The notes under the pieces: generated by a model | Told to the model about the DNA's origin: nothing | Databases searched by the model: none | The model's input: only the letters and a program-made list of their open reading frames with translations | In this document: piece by piece, positions 9,195-23,244 of the stretch | Layout of the letters: every line of letters begins with the position of its first letter | Position numbering within the stretch: position 1 is the first letter of the stretch | Made by a program: the position numbers and the translations under genes | Origin: Polyangiales bacterium | GTDB lineage: Bacteria; Myxococcota_A; Polyangia; Polyangiales; Ga0077539 | Length of the DNA: 64,000 nt | Direction: 5' to 3' | NCBI GenBank assembly: GCA_044229975.1 | Contig: JBGARZ010000006.1 | Span: 96,001-160,000, forward strand

Positions 9195-12100
9195 TCAGCG
9201 CAGCATGCCGTAGCCGAGGATGCGCGAGATGTTCCGCGTGGCGTCGATGAGGCCGACGTAGTTGCGGTACACCGCGAGCCGGCGCGCCTGGCGCGTCTGG
9301 GACGTCGGCGAAGCGGGCTGGAGGGCGCCGGCCGCGTTGCGGATGAGCCGCGGGCGACCGTCGAGGTCGAGCACGGGGCGACCGCCGTTGGCGGCGTCGC
9401 GCTCGACGAGATAGGTGTCGGCCAGCAGGGCGTTGGCGTGCTGGATCATGCGCGACGCGATGCCGCGGTCGACCAGGCGACCACCCGCGAGGGCGGTGAG
9501 GCCGGGGTCGGTGCCGTAGCGGCGCGCCGTGTAGACGATGCCGGTGTCCGGGTTGAAGAACCGGATGCGCTCGGCCTCGGGGATGTCCACGGCCTCGGCG
9601 CCGCCCTCGGTGAAGATCCTCATCTTGTTGATGAGGGTGAGGTCGGTGTTGAGCGACGAGAACAGCATCGAGTAGATGACCGCCGGGAGCTGCTGGCGGT
9701 ACCCGATGTTCGGGAAGGTCAGCAGCGCGCCCGCGGGGCGAGCGGGGACCATGTTCGACGCGAGGGCCGGCAGGTCGACCGCGGCGGAGTTACCCGCGGT
9801 GGTCGCCGGGATGGCGTGCATCGCGACGGTCGCCCAGTCCTCGGAGAGGATGCCGCCCAGGAGGCGGTCGAGGGCGTTGGGGATGTCGGTCGCGAAGTTC
9901 ACCTGGAACTCACGGCCGTCGAGGTAGAGGTTGCGGGTCACGCTCGAGAAGGTCGGGCGCGTGTCCGTGAGCATGATCGCGGCGAAGTTCTTCTCGATCG
10001 AAGCACCCTCGCGCGTGGCGTACGACTGGTAGTCCAGCGAGCCGCCCTGGCCGTTGTCGAAGTCGTCCGCGATGTAGCGGCCGTCGACGATGCCGATGTT
10101 GAACCGCGGCGCCGGCGCGTCGGGGTTGGCGTCATAGATGACCGTGCTGGCCGAGCGGAGCTCGGGGGTGCTGCGGTCTTCGTCGGCGGCCGACGACTCG
10201 TTCGACGGCGCGAAGTTGCCCGGCTCCGGCATGAGCATCACGCGGGCGAAGAAGTTGAACATCTCCGTCTGCGCGGCCAGCGTCGGGGCGAGGGCGTTGT
10301 CGCTGTTGCCCACGATGTTGAAGATCGCGTCGCTGTAGTTGCCGCGGTACGACGCGTAGTCGCGCGCCACGGTCCAGTGGTAGCCGCGCACCAGGCGGAA
10401 CATGCGCGACGACACGGCCGACGAGACGTTCCACGAGGCCCACTCGCGGTTGCCGCGGCGGAAGTACATCGAGGGGTAGGTCAGGTCGTACTTCCGGGTG
10501 ATCGAGCGGGAGACCTCGTAGATGTCCGCGCCCTGGTCGAAGTAGTTGATGTGGGGGTAGCCCGTGCCACGGTCCCAGGACACGCGGTAGCGCCAGCGCA
10601 GCGAGCCCTCGCCGTTGCTGACGGTGCGCCCGGAGTCGGGCGAGCCGTCGCGGACGCGCCACGAGGGAGCGGCCACGTCGGGGTCGCCGAGCCCATCGGG
10701 CCGGTCGTCGTTGGAGTCGTACGCCTCGGACGTCTCCATGTCGGAGAGCGCGGCGTGGTCGCGCGAGGAGAAGCGGCAGATCTTGCCGTCCACCAGGCGC
10801 CAGCGGTAGCGGGCCTGCTCCTCCGGCGTGGCGTCGCGGCAGAAGCTCGGGTCGAACACGTTGAGCTGGCGCGCCATCTCCGTGTAGTGCACCAGGCTCA
10901 GACCGGCCGCGTTGGCCTCGTCCGGATCCGGCGGGGTGGTCGAGAGCTGCGGGTCCGCGTAGTTCGCGATGTACTTCTCCGAGAGCTGCGAGCGGAGGTT
11001 CCACGAGTAGCGACGCTGGGCGGTGGCGTTCATGCCGCCGCGGGCAGCGTCGGTCTCCATCGTCTCGACGACGCGGCCGTACATCACGCCCATGGCGTAG
11101 ATGTCGTACGACCCGAGGCCCACGGTCTCGCCGAAGCGCTCCCACTGGTACTCCATGGTCGACGTGTTGCCGAAGTAGGTGATGCCCGCGTGGTGGTTGC
11201 CCGCCGCGAGGTCACGGAGGCCGAGCTCCTCGTCGGTCTCCTGGTCGATGGGGCGCGGGCCCATGCAGTTGTCGGCGTTGCGGTCCGCCGCGCGAATCGA
11301 CGCGCAGGTCGCCGCGTCCTGGGTGCAGGTCGCGGGGCGGCAGCTCTGGGCGGCCGTACCGTTGCGGGTGCGGAGCTGCCAGTACTGCGGGTTGTAGTTC
11401 ATCGAGTCGTAGCTCGACACCGGCAGGTGGTAGAGCCCGATGCTGTGCCCGACCTCGTGCAGCGCGATGCCCTTGTAGGCTTCGATGCGGAGGTCCTGGA
11501 GGATGCGGGCGTTGCGCGCTTCCTTGGTGAGGGAGCGGTAGCGCTGCGCGAACCAGCGGGCGACGCCCTGGATGTCGGTCGAACCCACCAGGATGGGGGC
11601 GCCGGCGTCCTGGAAGCAGAAGCCGCGGTTCTCGAGGCGCGACATGAGGCGGTCGCGCATGTCGGTCGCCCACTCCGGGTCCATGCGCCGCAGGGGCGAG
11701 GCCTGGTTGAGGGTGTTGCTGTCGAGCGAGGTGAGGGCCGCGGTCGGATTGACCCCAGCGGCGCGGAGCCACTGCTGATCGATCATGTCGGTCTCGTAGC
11801 GGGTGCCGCGCAGCAGGTTGGCCTGCTGCTGGAACGCCACCGCGGTCTGCGACAGGCCGTTGTTGACCGGCGCGGTGTTGGTCGTCTGGTTGAATTCGCG
11901 GAGCACCGCGGCTTCGATGGTGGCGTTTTCGCCGGTGCCGGCGCCGAGGGCGGCGGCCGCGTGGGCGGCGTCCGGGCTGGCGGCGCGCTCGGCGATGGTC
12001 TCCGCGTTGGCGCGGTCACGGCCCGAGCCGATCACGTTGGCCGCGGGGTTGCGGATGTACTGCGTGAGGCTCTGCGCCGCGGCGTTGCTCGTGTACGTCT

Positions 12101-14057
12101 CGACCGTGAGGTCATCGAGGTTGGGGTCGAGCTCGTGCATGATCAGGCGGATGTAATCGCGCTGCTGACCCGCGGCGGCCTCGACCGAGCGGCCCATGTT
12201 GAAGCCGCCGTTGGAGACGACCTCGCCGGTGAGCGGATCGTAGCCCCAGTGGGCGATGCCGCCGAAGGGCGCGCGGCTGTTGCCGGGCCAGTAGGAGACG
12301 TGGTTGTAGCGCACGTCGCCGAGGCGAACGGCGTAGCCGGGCTCGCGGCAGGCGGTGCTGTCATCCGTGCGCACCGGGTTGTGGCAGAGCACGACGCCGC
12401 GCGGGGTGACGGGCGAGCCCGCCGGGTCGGTCTTCGGGTCGTCGCCGAGGAAGGCGCCGAGGTGCTGCGAGACCAGCTCCGCGTTGAAGTACCGGCTGTG
12501 GCAGGTGTCGCGATCGCCGCCGCCACGGGTGGGGCCGACGCGGCGACACTCGACCTCGCGGGCCGAGGCGACCGCGCGACGGATGGCGATGTCCCAGGAG
12601 TTGATGATCTCCTCGGTGGCGCCGGTGACGAAGTTGGTGCGCTCGCCGCTGGCGCGACGCGCGGTGGCTTCAGCCTGCGTCGGGAAGCGGTACGTGAGCG
12701 TACCGTTGGCGGCCTCGACCTCGACGTGGTCCTGGAACTCCGCCGGCATCTCGGGGTTGGTGTAGTAGGCGATCGGGCGGACGGTGCGCTCGCGGTAGGG
12801 CAGCGTGCAGCGGCCCATGACGGTGTCGCACTGGGAGCCCGGGTGGCTCGGGATGGTGACGCCCGCGGCCGTGCGGCCCTCGCACGCGTCGGCGGTGCCG
12901 TTGGAGTCGGCGTCGACGTTGCCGTCGATGATGCCGTCCTGGTTCGCGTCGACCGTTGAGCAGGTGAACTGCGGGTCGAGGTGCGAGCGCTCCCAGATGT
13001 TGTGGATCATCTGGTAGCGGTGGAAGTTGCGGTCCTGCGTCCCGTAGTTGGGGTCGTAGCCGTTGCGGGTCGCGCGCGGGCCGCCGACGAGGTCGTACGG
13101 CTGGCGGGTGAGCTCCAGCGGCTGGAAGTCGCGGTCTTCGACGCGCCGGAAGGAGGTGCGGATGGTCGCCTCCTGCGGGTTGCAGTCGTAGACGTCGCTG
13201 CCGGTGAAGAAGTTGATGACGAGGCAGGTCGGGAGCGTGCCGCCGAAGGCGTCGCTGGACTCCGGGTTGACCAGCCACTTGGAGGTGACGTCGAAGTAGC
13301 CGCCGTTGTTGTTGCGGGGGTTGGCGCTACGGACGCACTGCCCGGTGGTGGTGTCGCGCACCATGCCGGGCTCCATCTCGCAGAAGTTCGGCGCGTTGGG
13401 CGACAGCGGGTTCTGCTCGTAGTAGCGCACCGGCTGGAACGACAGGCCGCCGAAGAGCGCGCCGTAGAAGAGCCCCGACCAGTCGGGGTTGTCGACCATG
13501 TTGTTGGACCAGTCGACGCGCATGAACTCGCGCTCGTACCAGGGCCGGTCGGTGACGTTCTCCTGGATGACGTTGATCTCTTCGCCGGTGGTCGGGTTGT
13601 AGGCCCGGCGCACGTCGAAGTGGCTCTCGATGCGGTACGCCGCGACGATGATGCCCGTCTCGGTGCGACCGCGGACGCCGCGGCCGTCGGAGCCGGTGAC
13701 GTACTCGTACGCCTTGCGGGCGAGCAGGACGTCCTCCTGGATCTCCCACCGGATGCGGTCGACGTCGTCGTAGGTGCCGACCGGCAGCAGCGACTGCGAG
13801 GACGGCGCGTCGACGACGAAGTTGTTGACGTAGAACTCAGGATTATCGCTGGCATCCTGGAGGTTCTGCCCGACAAAGAAGGTCTTGCTGACCCTCGCCG
13901 GTCGGGTCTGATCGATCGGATCCCGCTCCTGCGCGCAGTCGGCGTTGCCCACTGCAAGACCGCCGAGGAGGAGCGCGCCGACCGCTCTCCCTCGCCAGAA
14001 CCGACGTGCCGGGGTCATCCCCCTGCGAGCGCCACGATTTTCCTGTTCATCAGACAT
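9195..14057 (-). CDS. Very large exported zinc-dependent metalloprotease-like (lipo)protein, ~1620 aa
   Basis: HEVGHSIGLYH metzincin motif, Met-turn-like STMEY, Asp-rich DANQDGIIDGNVDADSNG, signal ending NADC. Start MSDEQ follows GGAGG. Confidence 0.85.
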   Translation of the reverse strand: MSDEQENRGARRGMTPARRFWRGRAVGALLLGGLAVGNADCAQERDPIDQTRPARVSKTFFVGQNLQDASDNPEFYVNNFVVDAPSSQSLLPVGTYDDVDRIRWEIQEDVLLARKAYEYVTGSDGRGVRGRTETGIIVAAYRIESHFDVRRAYNPTTGEEINVIQENVTDRPWYEREFMRVDWSNNMVDNPDWSGLFYGALFGGLSFQPVRYYEQNPLSPNAPNFCEMEPGMVRDTTTGQCVRSANPRNNNGGYFDVTSKWLVNPESSDAFGGTLPTCLVINFFTGSDVYDCNPQEATIRTSFRRVEDRDFQPLELTRQPYDLVGGPRATRNGYDPNYGTQDRNFHRYQMIHNIWERSHLDPQFTCSTVDANQDGIIDGNVDADSNGTADACEGRTAAGVTIPSHPGSQCDTVMGRCTLPYRERTVRPIAYYTNPEMPAEFQDHVEVEAANGTLTYRFPTQAEATARRASGERTNFVTGATEEIINSWDIAIRRAVASAREVECRRVGPTRGGGDRDTCHSRYFNAELVSQHLGAFLGDDPKTDPAGSPVTPRGVVLCHNPVRTDDSTACREPGYAVRLGDVRYNHVSYWPGNSRAPFGGIAHWGYDPLTGEVVSNGGFNMGRSVEAAAGQQRDYIRLIMHELDPNLDDLTVETYTSNAAAQSLTQYIRNPAANVIGSGRDRANAETIAERAASPDAAHAAAALGAGTGENATIEAAVLREFNQTTNTAPVNNGLSQTAVAFQQQANLLRGTRYETDMIDQQWLRAAGVNPTAALTSLDSNTLNQASPLRRMDPEWATDMRDRLMSRLENRGFCFQDAGAPILVGSTDIQGVARWFAQRYRSLTKEARNARILQDLRIEAYKGIALHEVGHSIGLYHLPVSSYDSMNYNPQYWQLRTRNGTAAQSCRPATCTQDAATCASIRAADRNADNCMGPRPIDQETDEELGLRDLAAGNHHAGITYFGNTSTMEYQWERFGETVGLGSYDIYAMGVMYGRVVETMETDAARGGMNATAQRRYSWNLRSQLSEKYIANYADPQLSTTPPDPDEANAAGLSLVHYTEMARQLNVFDPSFCRDATPEEQARYRWRLVDGKICRFSSRDHAALSDMETSEAYDSNDDRPDGLGDPDVAAPSWRVRDGSPDSGRTVSNGEGSLRWRYRVSWDRGTGYPHINYFDQGADIYEVSRSITRKYDLTYPSMYFRRGNREWASWNVSSAVSSRMFRLVRGYHWTVARDYASYRGNYSDAIFNIVGNSDNALAPTLAAQTEMFNFFARVMLMPEPGNFAPSNESSAADEDRSTPELRSASTVIYDANPDAPAPRFNIGIVDGRYIADDFDNGQGGSLDYQSYATREGASIEKNFAAIMLTDTRPTFSSVTRNLYLDGREFQVNFATDIPNALDRLLGGILSEDWATVAMHAIPATTAGNSAAVDLPALASNMVPARPAGALLTFPNIGYRQQLPAVIYSMLFSSLNTDLTLINKMRIFTEGGAEAVDIPEAERIRFFNPDTGIVYTARRYGTDPGLTALAGGRLVDRGIASRMIQHANALLADTYLVERDAANGGRPVLDLDGRPRLIRNAAGALQPASPTSQTRQARRLAVYRNYVGLIDATRNISRILGYGMLR

Positions 14058-14107
14058 CGTCTCGAACCTCCCATTCACGTAACGGAGAGAAGTGAACCAT
14101 CCAGAGC

Positions 14108-14123
14108 AGCAAGCCCGGTGCCA
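14108..14123 (-). promoter_or_regulatory. Sigma54 -24/-12 promoter
   Basis: Minus strand TGGCACCGGGCTTGCT (GG-N10-GC, near consensus), ~50 bp upstream of the metalloprotease start. Confidence 0.8.
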
Positions 14124-14250
14124 TACGCAACAGCGCTGGAATACAGGCCATTCGCAGGGATGGCAGGTCGCGCGTTAGAAACCTGACCGTGCGAGCGCGC
14201 GGAACCTACCGGAGCGCCCCGAGGCTGTCACGGGGGGGTCACAGCCGACC

Positions 14251-16023
<1,773 letters not shown>

Positions 16024-16056
16024 GTGAGGCGCGCGGAGTATCTCACGACTCGCGCG

Positions 16057-17529
16057 TCAGCCCATCTCGTGCGGCATCAAGTCTCGCGGCGAGCGGAAGT
16101 AGTGCATGGGCGAGTAGTTGGCGAGGTTGGACACCCGCGACGTGTACAGGCAGGCGTAGTGCTCCACCTGGTCGCCGAAGGAGCTGAGCTCGACGCCCTG
16201 CTTGAAGAGCGACCCCCAGTACGGGTGGAAGATCGTCTGCACGCTGCGCGACATCTCCCGCGCCCGCAGCTCCTGCGCGCGCAACGCGCCCTTCAGCCCT
16301 TCGATGGCCATGCGCGCCTCGTTGGCCGCGCCCTCGTCCACCTTGCCCTTGCGCGTCGCGGCCCGGTAGCGGCCCTGGTAGATGCGCAGCTCGTCTTCGA
16401 GCATGTCGCGCCGGCGGGCCAGCGAGTCGATGAGCGCCACCTCGTCGTGGGTGCGCGCCATGGCCTCCATCTCCCAGTCCATCTCCTGCACCACCAGCAC
16501 GGTGCGCCAGGAGGAGTCCTTCTTGCTGCGGAGGATGTCGCCGAAGATGTGGTCGCCCACGTAGACGATGGCGTCGCCGTACGCGCGGATCATCCGCTCG
16601 AAGTCCTTGAGGTTGCCCTGCTCGTACACGCGGCCGCGCTCCAGCGTGTAGGCCGGGTTGACGCTCTCGACCGGGCCGTCGACGGTGCGTTCGAGGAAGG
16701 GCCGCTTCTCGGTGAAGAACGTCGGCTTGCCCGCGGCCACGCTCACCACGTCGAAGTACTGCCGCCACGACGAGTACTCCGGCATCGCCCCGTGCAGCAG
16801 GAACTTCATCATCCGATCGGTGTAAGCCCACCGCGAGTTGGTCAGCAGGAAGAGCTTCTTCCCCGACGAGCGCAGCTTGTGGAGCGTCGAGGCCAGCAGC
16901 GGGTCCTTCTCGACGAAGCGCGGCAGGTCGTTGGCGATGACGTCGACGATGGAGCCGTCGCGGTGCGCCTCGTCGATGCACTCGCGAATGTCGTCGAAGA
17001 GCTGCTGGTAGTCGACGTGCACCCCGTACGCGTCGAGAACGTCCACGGCGCCCGCGTACACGGCGGCCTCGGGGAGCGCGTAGAGCGTGTCGATCCAGTG
17101 GTAGCGGCCGCCGACGACCCGCACCTTGCGCGTCTCGTAGAGGGCGTGGCGCACCTCGCGGTCGAGCTCCTTCATCCCGTGGTAGGCGCGGCCCACGTAG
17201 CGGTAGCGGTCCATCTTGAGGACGTGGCCGAGCTTCTTGTCGATGAGCAGTCCGCGGATGGCGAAGCTGGGGTCGAAGCGGGCCTCCGCCAGAAACGGCG
17301 GATACCCCCGGTCGACCATCTTCTTCACCGTCGCCTCGATGGAGAGCTTGTCGATCTCCTCCTGTTTGTAGATGGCGAGCGTGTAGTCCATGTCGAAGCC
17401 GACCCACTCGGCCGTCTCCATCCGCAGGCTGCGGTTGACGTACACCCGGCGGTCGCGCCGCAGCGCCGACAGCGGCCCCCCGGCCTGTTCGTCGCCCACG
17501 TTGGGGAGCTTCAACTGCGTCTCGTCCAT
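16057..17529 (-). CDS. HAD-IG family (cN-II type) 5'-nucleotidase
   Basis: VYVNRSL, GFDMDYTLAIY, LLTNS, KPTFF, YVGDHIFGDI, YACLYTSRVSN; start MDETQL. Confidence 0.93.
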   Translation of the reverse strand: MDETQLKLPNVGDEQAGGPLSALRRDRRVYVNRSLRMETAEWVGFDMDYTLAIYKQEEIDKLSIEATVKKMVDRGYPPFLAEARFDPSFAIRGLLIDKKLGHVLKMDRYRYVGRAYHGMKELDREVRHALYETRKVRVVGGRYHWIDTLYALPEAAVYAGAVDVLDAYGVHVDYQQLFDDIRECIDEAHRDGSIVDVIANDLPRFVEKDPLLASTLHKLRSSGKKLFLLTNSRWAYTDRMMKFLLHGAMPEYSSWRQYFDVVSVAAGKPTFFTEKRPFLERTVDGPVESVNPAYTLERGRVYEQGNLKDFERMIRAYGDAIVYVGDHIFGDILRSKKDSSWRTVLVVQEMDWEMEAMARTHDEVALIDSLARRRDMLEDELRIYQGRYRAATRKGKVDEGAANEARMAIEGLKGALRAQELRAREMSRSVQTIFHPYWGSLFKQGVELSSFGDQVEHYACLYTSRVSNLANYSPMHYFRSPRDLMPHEMG

Positions 17530-17670
17530 CGGGCCTATCGTCGCCTCGGGTGCCCGCGAGGTGCAACGGGGGACTTGACGCTCCCGGTGGTTCGGGTATC
17601 CATCGCGGCCCCGCGCTGCGCGGCGGACTCCAGAGTTCCAGCCCTTACCTCTCACCCCAAGACGACCACC

Positions 17671-17904
17671 ATGGCCAAGAGCGACATCACCGGGACGCGG
17701 CGCAAGATCGCCAACAAGGTCTCGCACTCGAACATCAAGACCAAGCGCTGGCAGTTCCCCAACCTCCAGGAGCGCCGGTTGTTCGTGCCCGAGCTCGGCC
17801 GCCACGTGCGCATCACCCTGAGCACCAGCGACCTCCGCACCGTCGACCGCATCGGCCTCGTCGCCTACGCGGCCCGCTTCGGCGTCGACGTCTCCAAGCT
17901 GTAG
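17671..17904 (+). CDS. rpmB: 50S ribosomal protein L28
   Basis: MAKSDITG...ANKVSHSNIKTKRWQFPNLQ; buried at the end of shadow ORF 15412-17904. Confidence 0.95.
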   Translation: MAKSDITGTRRKIANKVSHSNIKTKRWQFPNLQERRLFVPELGRHVRITLSTSDLRTVDRIGLVAYAARFGVDVSKL

Positions 17905-17921
17905 TCAGCGCCCCGCCTCGT

Positions 17922-17979
17922 AACGAAGCGCCCCCTCCCCGTCCCCTCCGCCAGGAGGAGCCGGAGCGGGGGCGTCGTT
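17922..17979. terminator. Imperfect hairpin between convergent rpmB and glgP
   Basis: AACGA..CGCCCCC / GGGGGCG TCGTT complementary arms. Confidence 0.35.
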
Positions 17980-17982
17980 CGT

Positions 17983-20466
<2,484 letters not shown>

Positions 20467-20671
20467 TGGGCTCTACCTCTCGATCGAAGCGGTTTGGGCG
20501 ATGAAACCCCAAACCGCAGGGCCGAACGATAGAAAAAATGGGGGGCCACAAACGCGTGAGGGTTTGTTATGAATCCCGCGCGGGTCGAAGACGTAGTGAC
20601 GGGTCGCACGGCCCGGAAGACGATCTCAACGGTCGCGCGATGTCTCAACGCCTGAAGGAGTGTAGACGACG

Positions 20672-21175
20672 ATGAACAACAAGATGCTCAGTGTGGTGGG
20701 TCTCCTCGGTGCGCTCGCGGTCTCCGGCTACGGCAGCCAGGTGACGGCGCAGGGCGCGCTCCAGATCGGCGGCCGCACCGCCAACTTCGGCACCCGCCGC
20801 GTGGCCCCCGGCTTCGTCCCCGACCCCATCAACGTGGCGGTCACCTCGGGCGGCGCCATCGACGCCCGCAACCTGGGCCTCGGCGCCGGCTGCACCGGCT
20901 TCGTCACCCGTCAGCCCGACTACATCGTCAACCTGACCGGCACCTCGTCCAGCCTGCGCTTCTACGTGACGGCGCCCGGCGACACGACCCTCCTCGTCAA
21001 CACCGCGGGTGGCCAGTGGGTCTGCAACGACGACTCGTGGGGCGGCACCAACCCCACCGTCGACATCCCCAACGCCGGCGCGGGCCAGTACGACATCTGG
21101 ATCGGCTCCTACCGGTCGGGCGAGCAGATCCGCGGCGCGCTCCACATCACCGAGCTCTCCTCCAACCACCCGTGA
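20672..21175 (+). CDS. Small secreted beta-rich protein (PPC-like / S1-peptidase-associated domain)
   Basis: Signal peptide; GFVPDP, GCTGFV..QPD, DTTLLVN..G.W.CNDD, GQYDIWIGSY. Confidence 0.75.
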   Translation: MNNKMLSVVGLLGALAVSGYGSQVTAQGALQIGGRTANFGTRRVAPGFVPDPINVAVTSGGAIDARNLGLGAGCTGFVTRQPDYIVNLTGTSSSLRFYVTAPGDTTLLVNTAGGQWVCNDDSWGGTNPTVDIPNAGAGQYDIWIGSYRSGEQIRGALHITELSSNHP

Positions 21176-21190
21176 AGTCAGCCGCGAGCG

Positions 21191-21535
21191 TCACCCGACG
21201 CTCGGCTTGACCTCGATCGCGTCTCCGCCGCCCTTCGCGGCGTTCTCCTTCGCAACCTCTTCAGCGTCCTCGTACTTCGCGGCCTTGGTCGCGAGGTACC
21301 CGAGGGCAATTCCGGTCATCCCCACGTCGTCGAGCCACCCGAGGATCGGCAGCAGGTCGGGGATCGCGTCGGCCGGCCAGACAACGTAAGCGAGGGCCAG
21401 CACCACCAACGCCTTCGGCATCTTCGGCGCCTGCGGGTCGCGCAAGAAGCGCCAGAGACGACGCGGTGAAGAGAGCACCGCGAGAGCACCACGCTGACTG
21501 CGAGACAGGTTGGGCGAGGCCGTCGGTTGCGTCAT
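21191..21535 (-). CDS. YkvA/DUF1232 family membrane protein
   Basis: ALAYVVWPADAIPDLLPILGWLDD. Confidence 0.9.
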   Translation of the reverse strand: MTQPTASPNLSRSQRGALAVLSSPRRLWRFLRDPQAPKMPKALVVLALAYVVWPADAIPDLLPILGWLDDVGMTGIALGYLATKAAKYEDAEEVAKENAAKGGGDAIEVKPSVG

Positions 21536-21584
21536 GGATGGGAGTAGTAGCCACCGCGGAGGGAGAAGGCCACACTCGCTCGCG

Positions 21585-22346
21585 ATGCTCGACGTCACGC
21601 TGGTCCCGTGCCTCTCGGACAACTACGCGTACGTGCTGCGGTGCCCGACCACCGGGGCGTGCGCGGTCGTCGACCCGTCGGAGGGAGAGCCCGTGCTCGC
21701 GGCCCTCAAGGCGATGGGCGTGACGCCCGTGATGGTGCTCAACACGCACCACCACTACGACCACGTCGGCGGCAACGAGGCGCTCATCGCAGCGTTTCCG
21801 GGCTTGCAGGTAGTCGCGCATGCGAGCGACGAGGGGAGGGTTCCGGGGCAGACGCGCTCGGTGGGCGACGGCGACGCGGTGACGCTCGGCACGACGGCGC
21901 TGCGGGTGCTGCACGTCCCGGGGCACACGCTGGGCGCGGTGACCTACGCGAGCGACGACGCGGCCTTCACGGGCGACACGCTCTTCCTCGGCGGGTGCGG
22001 TCGGGTCTTCGAGGGCGACGCCGCGATGATGTACGCGTCGCTCCGGCGCATCGCCGAGACGCTCGACCCGGCGACGAGGATCTTCTGCGGCCACGAGTAC
22101 ACCGCGCGCAATCTCCGCTTCGCGCTCACGCTCGAACCCCACAACCGCGCCCTCCTCGACGCCGTCGCCGACGCCGACCGGCTCCGCGCGGACGGACAAC
22201 CCACCGTGCCGAAGACCCTGCGCGACGAGCGGCAGGTCAATCCCTTCCTGCGCTGCGACGACGCCTCGGTGGAAGCCGCGGTCGGCGTCAACGGCGACCC
22301 CGTGGCGGTGTTTGCCGCCCTGCGCGAACGTCGCAACAACTGGTAG
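21585..22346 (+). CDS. gloB: Hydroxyacylglutathione hydrolase (glyoxalase II)
   Basis: DNYAY, THHHYDHVGG, PGHT, FTGDTLF..GCGR.FEG, CGHEYT..NL.FA, NPFLR. Confidence 0.95.
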   Translation: MLDVTLVPCLSDNYAYVLRCPTTGACAVVDPSEGEPVLAALKAMGVTPVMVLNTHHHYDHVGGNEALIAAFPGLQVVAHASDEGRVPGQTRSVGDGDAVTLGTTALRVLHVPGHTLGAVTYASDDAAFTGDTLFLGGCGRVFEGDAAMMYASLRRIAETLDPATRIFCGHEYTARNLRFALTLEPHNRALLDAVADADRLRADGQPTVPKTLRDERQVNPFLRCDDASVEAAVGVNGDPVAVFAALRERRNNW

Positions 22347-22356
22347 AAGGTCCGTC

Positions 22357-23217
22357 GTGCCGCCCCGCACCCGAACGCTCCACCCGAACACCCAGGCGCT
22401 GCTCGACCGGCTGCGCGGGTCGCTGGCTGCGTCGGAGGTTCCGACACCCGTGGTGACGACGGTGGTGACGCCCGCGGTGACGCCGGAGCCCTTCCAGCTC
22501 ACGCCGTTCGTCCCGAAGCCTTACAAGCCCAAGTATTCACCGAAGCCGGTGCAGTCGACGCAGGGGGTCTTCGCCTTCGCGGCGCCGCCTCCTCCGGCAC
22601 TGAAGGCTCCTGCGTCCGCGAAGGTCACTGCACCACCCAGGAAGGCAACTGCGGTCGCCGCGGCGCCTGACCTCTCGGACATCATCGTGCTCGACACGGA
22701 GACCACCGGCATCGGCACGTACGCTCGCCTCGTCGAGGTCGCCGCGGTGCATGTGAAGAACGGCGTGGAGGTGCGGCGGTTTCAGTCGCTGGTGAACCCC
22801 GAGATGCACATCCCGGCGATGGTGGTGCGGGTGCACGGCATCACCGACGCGATGGTGGCCAACAGCCCGACGGCGGGGCCGGTGCTGGCGGCGTTGGCGA
22901 AGTTCGTCGCGGGGCACACGCTGGTCGCGCACAACGCGGGCTTCGACTTCGGCATCCTGAGCCGCGAGTTTGCGCGGGTGAAGCAGCCGACGCCGGGGTG
23001 CGGGATGTACTGCTCGGTGCGGCTCGCGCGGGTGGTCTTCCCCGAGGCGCCGCGGCACGGGCTCGGGGCGCTCACGAGCTTCCTCAAGCTGAGCCACCAG
23101 CCGGCCCACCGCGCGGTGGCCGACGTGCTCACCACCATCGAGATGCTCAACGTCGCCGCGGCGCGGAAGAAGTCGCACCAGGCCGTGCGGCTCGTCGGGC
23201 GACGCTACGAGCTCTAG
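22357..23217 (+). CDS. DEDDh 3'-5' exonuclease (DNA pol III epsilon-like) with Pro/Ala/Lys-rich N-terminal extension
   Basis: ExoI VLDTETTG, ExoII AHNAGFD, ExoIII HRAVAD; start codon uncertain. Confidence 0.88.
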   Translation: MPPRTRTLHPNTQALLDRLRGSLAASEVPTPVVTTVVTPAVTPEPFQLTPFVPKPYKPKYSPKPVQSTQGVFAFAAPPPPALKAPASAKVTAPPRKATAVAAAPDLSDIIVLDTETTGIGTYARLVEVAAVHVKNGVEVRRFQSLVNPEMHIPAMVVRVHGITDAMVANSPTAGPVLAALAKFVAGHTLVAHNAGFDFGILSREFARVKQPTPGCGMYCSVRLARVVFPEAPRHGLGALTSFLKLSHQPAHRAVADVLTTIEMLNVAAARKKSHQAVRLVGRRYEL

Positions 23218-23244
23218 ACCGAGACACCGGAGAACATCACTGCC

